Below, piece by piece: positions 48,404-60,296 of a DNA stretch of 64,000 nt. This DNA is from an uncultured delta proteobacterium (GTDB lineage: Bacteria > Myxococcota_A > Polyangia > Polyangiales > Polyangiaceae): assembly GCA_963696385.1 (NCBI GenBank), contig CAVOKF010000008.1:288001-352000 (forward strand), in the 5' to 3' direction. The notes under the pieces were generated by a model. That model did not search any database, was not told where the DNA came from, and saw only the letters and a program-made list of their open reading frames with translations. The position numbers and the translations under genes are program-made. Numbering within the stretch: position 1 is the stretch's first letter; each line of letters starts with the position of its first letter.

Positions 48404-49573
48404 TCAGGTTCCGACCGCAACCTTCAGCTGGGGATCGGGCCCATCGACCAGCAGGTCGACGATGCGCCGATAGTCTTCCGACGCGTTCGAGTCGGGCGCA
48501 AATTCGAATATGGTCTTTCCCTGCGCCGGAGCCTCTTTGAGCCGGATCGCTTGCCGGATCGGGGGCAACACGCGATGTCCGAAGTGTTCCTTGAGCGCGT
48601 CGAGCGAGTCTCGGCAGATGCGAGCGCGCGAGTCGTAAAATGTCGGCAAAACGCCGTGGATCTGGACGGGGTGATGCAGCAGGGCGTTCACGTTCTTCAC
48701 GGTCTTGATGACCTGCCGCACGCCGACCAAAGATAGGAAGTCGCATGCGACGGGAACGACGATGGCGTCCGCCGCGACCAATGCGTTCTGGTTCATCAAC
48801 GACAGCGACGGCGAGCAATCGAGCACCACGACGTCGTACGCATCGAAGGCGGGGGCAAGCCGGTCGCGCAAGAGTCGGTCTCGATTCTGCCGCCCCGCGA
48901 GGTAAAGCTCGGCGGCGGCGAGGGTCTCGTTGGAAGCCACCAGGTCGAGGTTCGGTCGGACTCGCACCGCGGCGTCGGTGGGACGGACGCCCATGACGAG
49001 AACGTGGTAGAGCGTCTTTTCGGCTTTTGCGCCGAGTGAGACACTGACGTTGCCCTGCGAGTCGGTGTCGACGAGCAGCACCCGCAAGCCGCGCGCCGCG
49101 AAGCCCGCCGCCAGACTCACGGAGGTCGTGGTCTTGCCGGTCCCCCCCTTGTGATTGAAGACCGCGAGCCGGGCAGGCGCGGCCATCCGAACGCCCGTCG
49201 CGGAACCGATGGAAGGGCTCGTCGCGGCCGCGGGCGGATCGACCGCCACGGCGGCCGGGCCGCACGGAGGCGCGCCGGCAGCCCCCAGCCGCGCGCCCTC
49301 GGCCTCCGCCAGGATTTGGGTCCTGCATTCTTCGGAGCACGCATGGTGCAATTCGCCGCGCACGCGAACGACCTGACGAACGAGCTCGACCCGAAAGCGA
49401 GTTCGGCACGCGGAGCACGTAGCGCCGCCGGTGGTTTCGCCGCGCACGACCTTTCCGTGGCAATCGTGCGAGCAGTAGAATGCGAAGCCACCTTCGCGCT
49501 CTTCCATCTGGTAGCGGAACTGCACGTCGAACCGCTTCCCGCACACGCTGCAGCTCTCGGTCAATCCGGCCAT
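48404..49573 (-). CDS. ParA/Soj-family ATPase with two N-terminal TRASH/YHS-like Cys4 modules
   Basis: KGGTGKTT, DTDSQGN, LDCSPS and EAP motifs; CSVC...YCSHDC and CSAC...ACSEEC. Confidence 0.9.
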   Translation of the reverse strand: MAGLTESCSVCGKRFDVQFRYQMEEREGGFAFYCSHDCHGKVVRGETTGGATCSACRTRFRVELVRQVVRVRGELHHACSEECRTQILAEAEGARLGAAGAPPCGPAAVAVDPPAAATSPSIGSATGVRMAAPARLAVFNHKGGTGKTTTSVSLAAGFAARGLRVLLVDTDSQGNVSVSLGAKAEKTLYHVLVMGVRPTDAAVRVRPNLDLVASNETLAAAELYLAGRQNRDRLLRDRLAPAFDAYDVVVLDCSPSLSLMNQNALVAADAIVVPVACDFLSLVGVRQVIKTVKNVNALLHHPVQIHGVLPTFYDSRARICRDSLDALKEHFGHRVLPPIRQAIRLKEAPAQGKTIFEFAPDSNASEDYRRIVDLLVDGPDPQLKVAVGT

Positions 49574-49636
49574 CGTGACTCGTCACTAGCCACGGCCAGG
49601 GCCGGTGGGCCAAATTTGATGTTGGTTCGAATCCAA

Positions 49637-51193
49637 TCAATGTCGGAAGTGGCGCACTCCCGTGAACACCATGGCGACGCCCATGGCGTCCGCGGCCGCC
49701 ACCACCTCGGCATCTCGCACGCTGCCGCCCGGCTGGGCGATGGCCGTCGCTCCCGCCCGCGCCGCCGCTTCGACGCCGTCGGAAAACGGAAAGAAGGCGT
49801 CCGAGGCAAGCACACTGCCTTTCGCGTTCAGCCCGGCTTTTTCGCAGGCGATCTGAACCGACACGACACGCGACATCTGACCGGCCCCCACCCCGACGGT
49901 GACCTCGCCGCGCGCCAGGACAATCGCATTCGACTTGACGTGCTTGCAGACGCGCCAGGCAAATTCCAAAGATGCGAGCTCTTCCGCCGTCGGGGATCGC
50001 GCCGTCACGACCTTGCCGCGCAGCACCTCACCGGCCGCCGTCGCGTCGCGATCCTGAACGACAACCCCGCCGCCCACGCGCTTGTACGTGATCGCAGCCT
50101 GATTCGGACTGAGCCATCCTCGCGTCGCCAGGAGCCGCAAGTTCTTCTTGGTGCGCAAGAGGTCGAGAGCCGACGTCCCGAACGACGGCGCGATGACGCA
50201 CTCGAGAAAGGTCTCGCTCAGAGCGCGCGCCGTTTCCTCGTCGACCTCTCGGTTCAAGGCCACGATTCCCCCGTACGCGCTCACCGCATCGGCATCGCGG
50301 GCCTTCCGGTACGCATCGACGAGAGATCCGGCCACCGCGACCCCCGAAGGGTTCGTGTGCTTGACGACGACGGCGGCGGGGCGATCGAACTCACGAACGG
50401 CCTCGAGAGCGGCATCGGCGTCGACCAAGTTGTTGAAGCTCAGCTCCTTGCCGCCCGCGCCGACGCTTTCGGCCACGGCGATGGACCCGGCCGGAGCATG
50501 CGGCTCCACGTAAAAGGCGCCCGACTGATGAGGGTTCTCCCCGTAGCGCAGCAGGTATGCCCGTTCGAACACGGCGTGGAGGATGCCCGGAAATCGCGTG
50601 GGCGTGCCGCCGTCGACCGAGGAAGACAGGGTTCCGCTGATGGCGGCGTCGTAGGCGGCCGTGTGGGCGAACGCCTTCGCGGCGAGTTCGGAGCGAGTCT
50701 CCCGAGTCGTGTCGCCGTGCCGGGCGATCTCGTCCAAGACGCGCGGGTAATCGGCCGGGGCGCACACGACCGTGACACGCGCGTGATTCTTGGCGGCGGA
50801 GCGAATCATCGCCGGTCCGCCGATATCGATGTTCTCGATGATCTCGTCACGGGTCGAGGCCGGATCGGAGGCGACCCGTTCGAACGGATACATGTTGACG
50901 ACGACCAAGTCGATCTCGCGGCCGCCCAAACGCTGAAGATCTCCGGCGTCCCGCGCTCCGCGCGACAGAATGCCCCCGTGCACGCGCGGGTGCAGCGTTT
51001 TCACCCGCCCGTCCATCACCTCGGGCGATCCCGTATAGCTCTCGACGGTCTCGACCGGTACGCCCTCGGCAACCAGAGCCTTGGCCGTTCCGCCGCTCGA
51101 CAGCAGGCGCACTCCACGATCGGCCAGAGCGCGCGCAAAGGGGACCAAGCCCGACTTATCGGTGACGGACAGGAGCGCGGTACGGATGGCCAT
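49637..51193 (-). CDS. purH: Bifunctional AICAR transformylase/IMP cyclohydrolase
   Basis: [36 protein letters not shown] and RHFRH motifs. Confidence 0.98.
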   Translation of the reverse strand: MAIRTALLSVTDKSGLVPFARALADRGVRLLSSGGTAKALVAEGVPVETVESYTGSPEVMDGRVKTLHPRVHGGILSRGARDAGDLQRLGGREIDLVVVNMYPFERVASDPASTRDEIIENIDIGGPAMIRSAAKNHARVTVVCAPADYPRVLDEIARHGDTTRETRSELAAKAFAHTAAYDAAISGTLSSSVDGGTPTRFPGILHAVFERAYLLRYGENPHQSGAFYVEPHAPAGSIAVAESVGAGGKELSFNNLVDADAALEAVREFDRPAAVVVKHTNPSGVAVAGSLVDAYRKARDADAVSAYGGIVALNREVDEETARALSETFLECVIAPSFGTSALDLLRTKKNLRLLATRGWLSPNQAAITYKRVGGGVVVQDRDATAAGEVLRGKVVTARSPTAEELASLEFAWRVCKHVKSNAIVLARGEVTVGVGAGQMSRVVSVQIACEKAGLNAKGSVLASDAFFPFSDGVEAAARAGATAIAQPGGSVRDAEVVAAADAMGVAMVFTGVRHFRH

Positions 51194-51240
51194 GCGGGCC
51201 GCCGTTACCTCGCCCCGAAGTCGAGGTCAATGGATGGGTG

Positions 51241-51945
51241 TCACTCGATTTCGGCCGCTTCGATGACCCCGCCGTCGGGGATCTCGAGGGTGGCGCTCTC
51301 GGCCACCTCGAGACTCTCCTCGTCCTCCTCCGGTTCTTCGGAGTCATCGTCGCAGTCGTCTTCGCTTGCCACGAGCAGAGGAAGGCGCCGCTTGCCGATG
51401 GGCCCCTCGTCGACGTAGTCGCGCAGGTTGGTCATATCGCGAAGAGCCGCGAGCTTGGCCAGTCCCTTGACTTCGACCTGCCGGATCCGCTCTCGCGTAA
51501 GATTCATGATGGCGCCGACTTCTTCCAGAGTCGTGCCGCCCCGATCGGCGATGTCGAGCGCGCACGTCTCGGACATTTCCCACACATCGAGATCGGGGAA
51601 ATTCAACTTGATCGCGCCGGTTCGAGCCGACACGTCCAAATAAAGATGATGTTGGCACGATACGAAGGGGCATGGGCGCTCGCCCCCTATGCATTCCGCT
51701 CGAGTCTGGGGTCGCACCGCTTCATCCATGTCCGGATAAAGGAGCCGACCGAGTTCGAGCTCGCGCTTGGTCATCCGCTTGACGCTGATCGTCCTCGCCC
51801 GGACGGCACGTTTGCGTCGAGAGCGACGTTGCTCGCGCGTGACGGGCGCCGGACTCTCCGCCGCCTGCAGGGCAAGGGCCCCGTCCGTCTCCATGTACGT
51901 TACGGTCGACTGCGGCGCTTCCTTCGGATCGTCGTTGGGGTCCAT
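51241..51945 (-). CDS. Stand-alone sigma-70 region-4 HTH protein with Cys/His module
   Basis: [36 protein letters not shown]...C; acidic tail. Confidence 0.85.
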   Translation of the reverse strand: MDPNDDPKEAPQSTVTYMETDGALALQAAESPAPVTREQRRSRRKRAVRARTISVKRMTKRELELGRLLYPDMDEAVRPQTRAECIGGERPCPFVSCQHHLYLDVSARTGAIKLNFPDLDVWEMSETCALDIADRGGTTLEEVGAIMNLTRERIRQVEVKGLAKLAALRDMTNLRDYVDEGPIGKRRLPLLVASEDDCDDDSEEPEEDEESLEVAESATLEIPDGGVIEAAEIE

Positions 51946-52320
51946 GCGCGGTTCCTCCCGGCCCATCGCCGACAAACAGCTCCCGTACGGGCCCGTGCGA
52001 AGGGAATTCGCCGCCGACCCGGGGATCGTGAATCCACGGCCATGGCCCGACTTCCGTGACTGATTCACGTGTGCGGCATCCACCGCAAATCGGACCGATC
52101 GAGCGATCGGTGGCGACATTCGCCGAGCGATTGCTCGAATTGCTTTGCACCCTAAAGCAGTCGAAATATCGCGGTCAATCCATCATCGAACTTTTTTTTG
52201 CGCTTTTCCATTATGGAACTCGTTTCGCGCCTTTAGATCGTTGGCGTGACAAACAATGTCCCTGCATGGAATCGCGAAAACGCGCCCGAGGGCGTCTCTC
52301 TTCGCCGGCGCCGCCCTCGC

Positions 52321-52479
52321 GCCGCGGGCCGCGCGGGGTCGGACGCAGGCCACGCCGCGGGCCGCGCGGGGTCGGACGCAGGCCACGCCGCAGGCCGCGC
52401 GGGGTCGGACGCGGGCCACGCCGCGGGCCGCGCGGGGTCGGACGCAGGCCACGCCGCAGGCCGCGCGGGGTCGGACGCG
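52321..52479. repeat. 33-bp tandem repeat, about 4.8 copies
   Basis: Unit GCCGC(G/A)GGCCGCGCGGGGTCGGACGC(A/G)GGCCAC; no spacers. Confidence 0.92.
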
Positions 52480-52587
52480 GGGTCGGTCTGAGCCGGACGC
52501 GGGCCACGACTTGCAGCGCGCCTCGGCGGACGCCTATGGTGCTGGCCCCCAGTACGCATGCCCGAAGCGCGCGACTCTCGACAGCCC

Positions 52588-53409
52588 ATGACACGCGACG
52601 TCGCGGCGCGGGGAGCCCGAATTCGATACGTCGAGGCGGGCGACGGTCCTCCGCTGGTGCTCGTTCACGACTACTTGTCGAGCCACGTGGCTTGGGACGA
52701 CGTCGTTCCACGACTGTCGGAACGGTTCCGAGTGATCGCTCCGGATCTGCCGGGCTTCGGCGAGAGCGAAAAGCCGCCGCCTAGCCGGTATCGGTACGAC
52801 TTCGAGGCGTTCTCGGAGTCCCTCGTCGATCTTTGCGCGGCCGTCGGGTTGGTGCGCGTCTCGCTTTGCGGACACGCGATGGGCGGATCGGTAGCCCTGA
52901 CACTCGCCGCGACGCAGGCCCACCTCGTCGACAAGCTGGTCCTCGTGAACCCGCTCGTCTATCCACCGAGACCCGACACGCTTTCGCGCATCGCCGGGTT
53001 GCCAATCGTCGGGCCCTTCATTTTCAAGCAGCTCTTTGGGCGCGCTTTGTTCCGCAGTCGCTTTTTGCCTCGAGTCCGGGGCGGCAACACCGCCCCGGCT
53101 CGGAGGGTCGACCACCTTTTCGAGCTTTTCGACGCGCCCGCCGCCCGAGAGGCGGCCTACGCCACGATGCGGGCCATGCGCGACACGCGACCGCTGACGG
53201 CCAGCATCCCTCGGATCACGACGCCGACGCTCGTGGCGTGGGGACGGGCCAACCGAGCCTGTCCCGTCGAACACGGCCGGCGCCTCGCGCGGGAGCTCGG
53301 CGGCGCGCGGTTCGAAGTGTTCGACTGTGGACCTTCGCCGGCGGAAGAATGCCCCGCGGCCTTCGCCGCTCGGGTGACGGCGTTCCTGACCGGCGGCGCC
53401 GGACACTGA
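52588..53409 (+). CDS. Alpha/beta-hydrolase fold protein, predicted catalytically inactive
   Basis: PDLPGFGES fold motif present, but GHAMGG, WGRAN and CGPSPAEE at the triad positions. Confidence 0.85.
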   Translation: MTRDVAARGARIRYVEAGDGPPLVLVHDYLSSHVAWDDVVPRLSERFRVIAPDLPGFGESEKPPPSRYRYDFEAFSESLVDLCAAVGLVRVSLCGHAMGGSVALTLAATQAHLVDKLVLVNPLVYPPRPDTLSRIAGLPIVGPFIFKQLFGRALFRSRFLPRVRGGNTAPARRVDHLFELFDAPAAREAAYATMRAMRDTRPLTASIPRITTPTLVAWGRANRACPVEHGRRLARELGGARFEVFDCGPSPAEECPAAFAARVTAFLTGGAGH

Positions 53410-53482
53410 AGCCGAAACGGTACGTCGCGGCGCTCTCGGCCCCGTGGCCGCCATGGGCCGGACCCCTGCCCTGCACGCCAGG

Positions 53483-55717
53483 TCATCGGCCGGCCAGCGC
53501 GCGGCAGTCGCTGACGTTCGCCGTCCGAGCTTGCTCGACGCAGTGGCGGTAGGCCTCCTGTGCGGCGATCAGGTTGCCGGTCGCCTGAAACGCAGCACCG
53601 AGGGTCAGCCAACCATCGGCGTCCTCCGGATTGGCTCGGACCGCTTGCCGGGCCAGATCCATGGCCCGCTCGGTCGCACCGAGGGCCAACGCGTGATTCG
53701 CATCTCGCACGAGCGTGGCGCTCGCCGTCACCGGTGCGGGCGAGGTGTCGACCGGGCTGGGCTGGACCTCGGCGGCACGCGGCATCCCCCCGGGGTTGAT
53801 CGGGGCCGCCGCCCGGTGAGGCGTCTCCGCCGCGGGCGGAACCTCCGAGGCTTCCGGTGCGACAGACAGGTCTTCCGGCGCAAGGGCCGCCGGGGAGGCG
53901 CTTGCGGCGGCCGGGGCCTGCGAGCCACTCGGTTCCGGCGGCTGCGACGCAACCGGCCTCGCAGGATCGGCCGGCCATGCGATGGTCGTTCGGGAACGAG
54001 CCTGATCGGCGGCGGCTTGCTGACGGGCCTGGAGCGTCCGGAGGCCCGCCACGACCGCCAGCAACGACGCGAGGCCCAGAGCGCCGAGTACGGCCCACTT
54101 GGTCTTGCCGCTGAGCCGACGCGGGACCCCTGCGACGTGCTCGTCGGGGGCGCGGGGGTCGCGGTGGTAAGCGACGGCGGCGACCGGCGGCGGCTGCTCC
54201 GACTCGGCGTCGAACCATGCGGAGTCGCCCAGCGCGGGCTCGTCCAGTCCGGGCGCCCCCGCATCCGAGGCCATGGCAGGGACCGGGCCCGGCGCCGCAT
54301 CGGGCGGATGCGCGTCAAGCGCCGTCGCCGCTTGTTCGCGTCGTTTCGGGGGGGCCGCGGCAGCCACGGGAGCCGCGGCAGGCGCAGAAGCCACGGCCGG
54401 CTCCAGAGGCACGAGAGCCAGCGACGGCGCCGGCGGCACGCGAGGCGCGGCAGCCGCGGCGCCATTGAAGGACGCGGGCCCCGCCGCGGCGGCCGGATGG
54501 GCCGAAACGGCGACGGACGGGTCCACGAACGACGGACCCGCAAAGGGTTCGACCCGGGTACCGAAGGCGAGCACCGCAGCGGCCCGATCGGCGGGCGCTT
54601 CGACCGCGGGCGGCGGTGGCCGCGCCGATGCCGGTTCGGAGGCGGGAACCACGGCCATATCGCCGCTCGACGGACCGTTCGGCCTGACGAGGTCGCGAAC
54701 GACCGTCGCCTCCACGTATCCTTCGTCGACCGCGGGCAACGGGACATCGACCTCGGGGGGTGAGTCGGGTTTCGGAACGAGCAAACCCTCGAAGTAAAGC
54801 TTCGTGATGGTCGACAACGTCGACAAATCCTCGAACGGCGAATCATCGACCACGTCGGCCAACGACCGGCCCGAGTCGAACAGCCGGAGTATGCCGTTGA
54901 GTTCGTCGGGAATCTCGTTCAAGCGCTCCAAGAGCTGCCGGTGGTCGATCTGGAACACCGTCGAAAGCGGCGGCAGCTGCTCGCAAAGTCGGCCCCATTC
55001 GTCGACCCGACGCATGCCTTCCATCAGGGTCGCTTGGGTGGACCCGCCGATCACGTCCTCGTTCGCAATGGGTCGGAACTCGACCTCGAAGGCCGCCTCG
55101 TTCCAAATGAGCGCGCGATAGATGGCTTCCTCCCCGCGCAAGCGTCCGAGCTCGGCATCGACCACCTTGCCATCGCGGAAGTAGATGCGAGCCTCGTGCG
55201 CGCCTCCGCGCAGGTTCACCACCCCGCTTTTGCGCGAGACTTCGAACGTCTGCAGCAGATCGACGACGGCCATGTCCTGCGTAGACCCGGTGAAGCGCGT
55301 CCGTCCCGACGGGGTCGCCTTGGTGGCCGCGATGTTTTCCTGCGTTCGCCGAGCGAGCAGAAGGTTGACGCGTGCGATGAGCTCGCGCACGAATATCGGT
55401 TTGGTCAGGTAGTCTTCGACCCCGAGCTCGAGTCCTCGAATCTTGTCCTCGATCGACTTTTGGCTGGTTAGAAATACGATGGGAATCGAAGCCCACTCCG
55501 GCCGCTCTTTGAGCTTTCGCACGAGCGTGTAGCCGTCGAGTTTCGGCAAGCGCGTGTCGGTCAGCACGAGGTCGGGCGTGAGCGACTCGATCTTCGCGAG
55601 CGCGTCGAGGCCATCGATCGCAGTGGTCACGCTGTAGCCCGCCTTCTTCAGGCTGACTTCGAGGACGCGGACGCTCCGCGGATCGGCGTCGACGAGGAGC
55701 AGCTTCTGCTTGGCCAC
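53483..55717 (-). CDS. Receiver + DUF4388 + Pro/Ala linker + TM + TPR protein
   Basis: LVLTDTRLP and [18 protein letters not shown] and [11 protein letters not shown] (DUF4388-like); [19 protein letters not shown]-terminal TPR. Confidence 0.85.
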   Translation of the reverse strand: MAKQKLLLVDADPRSVRVLEVSLKKAGYSVTTAIDGLDALAKIESLTPDLVLTDTRLPKLDGYTLVRKLKERPEWASIPIVFLTSQKSIEDKIRGLELGVEDYLTKPIFVRELIARVNLLLARRTQENIAATKATPSGRTRFTGSTQDMAVVDLLQTFEVSRKSGVVNLRGGAHEARIYFRDGKVVDAELGRLRGEEAIYRALIWNEAAFEVEFRPIANEDVIGGSTQATLMEGMRRVDEWGRLCEQLPPLSTVFQIDHRQLLERLNEIPDELNGILRLFDSGRSLADVVDDSPFEDLSTLSTITKLYFEGLLVPKPDSPPEVDVPLPAVDEGYVEATVVRDLVRPNGPSSGDMAVVPASEPASARPPPPAVEAPADRAAAVLAFGTRVEPFAGPSFVDPSVAVSAHPAAAAGPASFNGAAAAAPRVPPAPSLALVPLEPAVASAPAAAPVAAAAPPKRREQAATALDAHPPDAAPGPVPAMASDAGAPGLDEPALGDSAWFDAESEQPPPVAAVAYHRDPRAPDEHVAGVPRRLSGKTKWAVLGALGLASLLAVVAGLRTLQARQQAAADQARSRTTIAWPADPARPVASQPPEPSGSQAPAAASASPAALAPEDLSVAPEASEVPPAAETPHRAAAPINPGGMPRAAEVQPSPVDTSPAPVTASATLVRDANHALALGATERAMDLARQAVRANPEDADGWLTLGAAFQATGNLIAAQEAYRHCVEQARTANVSDCRALAGR

Positions 55718-55730
55718 GGGCTAGGGCTAG

Positions 55731-55760
55731 AGCATGGAAGGCTGGTGGCAACGGTGTCAA
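55731..55760 (-). promoter_or_regulatory. Sigma-70-like promoter
   Basis: TTGACA-18 bp-CATGCT, 13 nt upstream of GTG 55717. Confidence 0.45.
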
Positions 55761-55793
55761 GCGGAGGGACCGGGGGCCGTGCGCGGCGGCGGG

Positions 55794-57368
<1,575 letters not shown>

Positions 57369-57483
57369 GCGCAGGTTAGCTCACACCCGAGGCCCAATCG
57401 GCGCATCGGAAAAGGGAACGTCGCGACCGCACGATTTCGGCTCCGCCGGAAAGGGAGCGACCCAACGCGGTATGCTGAGGATC

Positions 57484-58614
57484 GTGGAGTTGCCCATCGA
57501 CGTCGACAAGCTCTCGCCGGTTGCCCGAAAGATTTTGGCACCCGCCGCCCCAGGCCCGATGCGGCAAATGGCGGCCAAGGGGCTCGCCCCGGGCCTGAAA
57601 CCAGGCGATGCGCTGACGGTCATCGTAGTCCTGTCGGAGTCGACCGACTCGGCGCTCGCGGCAGCGGCGAAGGCCACGCTGGACGCTCTGCCGGCGCCGC
57701 TCTTGGGCGGTGCGCTGGCGGGGGACCTCGCGCCGGGCGTGATCGCCGCGGTAGCCCTTCGCTACGTACATAACCACGCGGTGATGGAGAAGATCTTGGC
57801 TCATCCGGCCATTTCCCCGGATACCGTCGCGGCGATCGCGACCGATGCGAGCGAGCTCGTGGCCGAGCTCGTGGCGACCAACGAACAGAAGCTGCTCGCG
57901 AATCCGCTGATCATCGAGAAGCTTTACATGAACAAGGCGACGCGGATGTCGACCGCGGATCGCATCCTCGAGCTGGCAGTCCGCAACAAGATCGAGCTTC
58001 AGGGAATTCCCGCTTACAAGGAGGCGGCGGCGGCGATCGGCCAGGAACTCATCGCCGAACCCACCCCAGAGCCCACGCCCGACGACATTCACTTCATCGA
58101 AACGGCCGCCGTCGCGGATCAAACGCCGGTGAACCCGGAGCTCGAAGACACGCATCGTCTCGACGAAGAGACGGGCGACGAAGTGGTCGAGGATCGGTTT
58201 CTTCCTCTGAACGCCCGCCTGGCGATGATGACGATTTCGCAAAAGATCCGCCGCGCCATGCTGGGGACCGCGAGCGAGCGCCTGCTTCTGGTCCGTGACT
58301 CGAACCGGCTCGTCGCTCAAGCGGCCATCAAGAGCCCGGCCATTCAAGAAAACGAAGTCGTGCGCATCAGCGGCAGCCGCAACGTCTCGGAGGACGTGCT
58401 GCGAACGATTGCGCTAGACCGAGAATGGACGCGAGCCCATCAAATCAAGCTGAACCTCGTACAGAACCCTCGCACGCCCTTTGCGTTCGCGGCACGACTC
58501 GTCCAGCATCTGCGCGAGCACGAGCTCAAGGCACTGGCGCGAAGCAAGAACGTCACGGGAGCCATCGCTACCGCAGCCCGACAGCAGCTCGCACGACGCA
58601 CCATGCCGGACTGA
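57484..58614 (+). CDS. Hypothetical helical-repeat (HEAT/LRV-like) protein
   Basis: LVRDSNRLVAQAAIKSP and LVQNPRTP; TATGCT lies 7 nt before GTG 57484. Confidence 0.78.
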   Translation: MELPIDVDKLSPVARKILAPAAPGPMRQMAAKGLAPGLKPGDALTVIVVLSESTDSALAAAAKATLDALPAPLLGGALAGDLAPGVIAAVALRYVHNHAVMEKILAHPAISPDTVAAIATDASELVAELVATNEQKLLANPLIIEKLYMNKATRMSTADRILELAVRNKIELQGIPAYKEAAAAIGQELIAEPTPEPTPDDIHFIETAAVADQTPVNPELEDTHRLDEETGDEVVEDRFLPLNARLAMMTISQKIRRAMLGTASERLLLVRDSNRLVAQAAIKSPAIQENEVVRISGSRNVSEDVLRTIALDREWTRAHQIKLNLVQNPRTPFAFAARLVQHLREHELKALARSKNVTGAIATAARQQLARRTMPD

Positions 58615-58777
58615 GCGTGCGGCTGAGAGCCTCGGGTGACGGCCGGCCGCGGCTCTTCCATCGGCGTCCGCACACGGGCGCAGCATGTGATGCGCCGGGG
58701 GGGCATCGACGGAAAAGGGGGTCCGTATTGGCAGCGCCATCCTTAATCGGACTGAACGAAGCCCGTATGATCGGCTC

Positions 58778-60223
58778 GTGCGGATAGGCATCGGGTTGCT
58801 CGTCGCGGCGGTCATCGGCTTGCCTTCCGTCGTGCTGGCCGGGTCCGGTTCTCTCGACGGCGCGGCCATCGTCCGGGGCGCCGGACGGGTCAAGCTCGAC
58901 GGGGCTCACGAGTGGCGCGACACGTCGACCGCCGACATCCTGCCCACGGGCATTACCGTCGAAGCCGCGAGCGAGCAGCCCCTCGAGATGACGTTGCCCG
59001 ATGGCGTCACCGTCACGCTCGAACCGCGAGCGCTGGCGCGTTGGATGCCTGGCGGCAAGTTGCCGAGCGAGATCAACCACTGGACGCACGGGTACCACTT
59101 GCTGCTCGAAGAGGGGGAACTCGAGGTTCGTATGCCACCGGGGCAGAAGGGGGCCCACGCATTCCTCGTCTCGACGAAGGCCGGAACGCTGACCGACTGG
59201 CGCGGGCAGTTGCACGTGAGCGTCCACCGCGACGCAACCTCGGCCGCAATCTACGAGGGCGCCCTGGTCGTTGGATCGAACGGTCAAGGGTTTCCCGTCT
59301 ACGACGGCGCGGGCATTCTCATGCGACGCGGTGTCAACCCCGACAAGACTCGAGGGATCCCGGCATCGCCGCAATGGAGCGCGACGAGCGGCGGCTTCGC
59401 CATCATGGCGAGCGACGCAGAGGCCCCCGTCGATTTGACCTGGAGCCCCGTTGCCAAGGCAGCCGAGTACCGGGTCGAGGTCGCCCTGGATCCCAGCATG
59501 GTTCGGGTGACCGAGCGCGCCGTGACCCGAGAGCCCCACTTCACGACGACGCCTCAGAGCGCGTCCGGGCCTCGATGGGTGCATGTCCGAGCGGTCGGGA
59601 CAGAAGGGATCGTCGGCGCCTGGTCGGCTCCCCGGGCATTGCGTGTGATCCGCTACAAAATGCCGCAGGACGCGTTCGTGGCGCGCGACGGCGCGATCGT
59701 CTTGGCCAAGGGCGAGCGTCTCGCGCTGCAGGACGCCGAGGGGATCGAGGTCGCATCCGAGAGCGTACGCGACCTCGCGCCCCGGTTCGCTGTGCCGCTC
59801 TATTGGGGCCGACTGAGCGGCCCATTGCCGCTCGCCGAAGACGCACCGCTACGGATCGTTCACTTGCGCGACCCGGTGCTCGGCGCGGAGGCGCAGTTGG
59901 TTCTTGCCCGTCGCGAGCTGCGTGCCGACGTGGCGCTCGCGCCAACGAACGCGCGGTGGCCGGCCGACCCCATCGACGCACGCGTCGAGGTGCGCGATCC
60001 GTCCGGTCGAATCGACGTTTCGAGCGAGAACGTCACCGTCGAGACCACCCTCGATTTGACCCCCCTCGGGGTTCGTTGGCAACGGGTGGGCAACACCTGG
60101 CGCGGGCGCATCGACCCCCGTCTCATCGGCGATCCCTCCGTCGTGCGGGTCGTCGTTCGGGACTCGCGCGGTTCCGAAATCGGCCGCGGCTTCGTGGAGC
60201 TCGAACCGGTGGCTCTCAAGTAG
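58778..60223 (+). CDS. Exported FecR-like/Fn3-like beta-rich protein
   Basis: Signal peptide; FecR-like LEEGEL...IYEG; Fn3-like LTWSPV...YRVEVA. Confidence 0.65.
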   Translation: MRIGIGLLVAAVIGLPSVVLAGSGSLDGAAIVRGAGRVKLDGAHEWRDTSTADILPTGITVEAASEQPLEMTLPDGVTVTLEPRALARWMPGGKLPSEINHWTHGYHLLLEEGELEVRMPPGQKGAHAFLVSTKAGTLTDWRGQLHVSVHRDATSAAIYEGALVVGSNGQGFPVYDGAGILMRRGVNPDKTRGIPASPQWSATSGGFAIMASDAEAPVDLTWSPVAKAAEYRVEVALDPSMVRVTERAVTREPHFTTTPQSASGPRWVHVRAVGTEGIVGAWSAPRALRVIRYKMPQDAFVARDGAIVLAKGERLALQDAEGIEVASESVRDLAPRFAVPLYWGRLSGPLPLAEDAPLRIVHLRDPVLGAEAQLVLARRELRADVALAPTNARWPADPIDARVEVRDPSGRIDVSSENVTVETTLDLTPLGVRWQRVGNTWRGRIDPRLIGDPSVVRVVVRDSRGSEIGRGFVELEPVALK

Positions 60224-60296
60224 CCGATCGGCCCTGCCTTCCTGCTGAGCTTTCGGAGCGTTTCCGTTTCGGTGCCTTTATCGTACGTTCGTTGCC

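Noticed and set aside
51194..51240. ZMP/ZTP riboswitch before purH
   Set aside because: The gap is only 47 nt and no recognisable motif is present.
49151..51418. Long antisense or alternate-frame ORFs (e.g. 755 aa here; also 55734-57773, 38167-39699, 27921-29513)
   Set aside because: They overlap well-supported genes, are Arg/Gly/Ala-rich and lack motifs; typical high-GC shadow ORFs.
52321..52479. CRISPR array (33-bp period)
   Set aside because: Head-to-tail repeats with no spacers.
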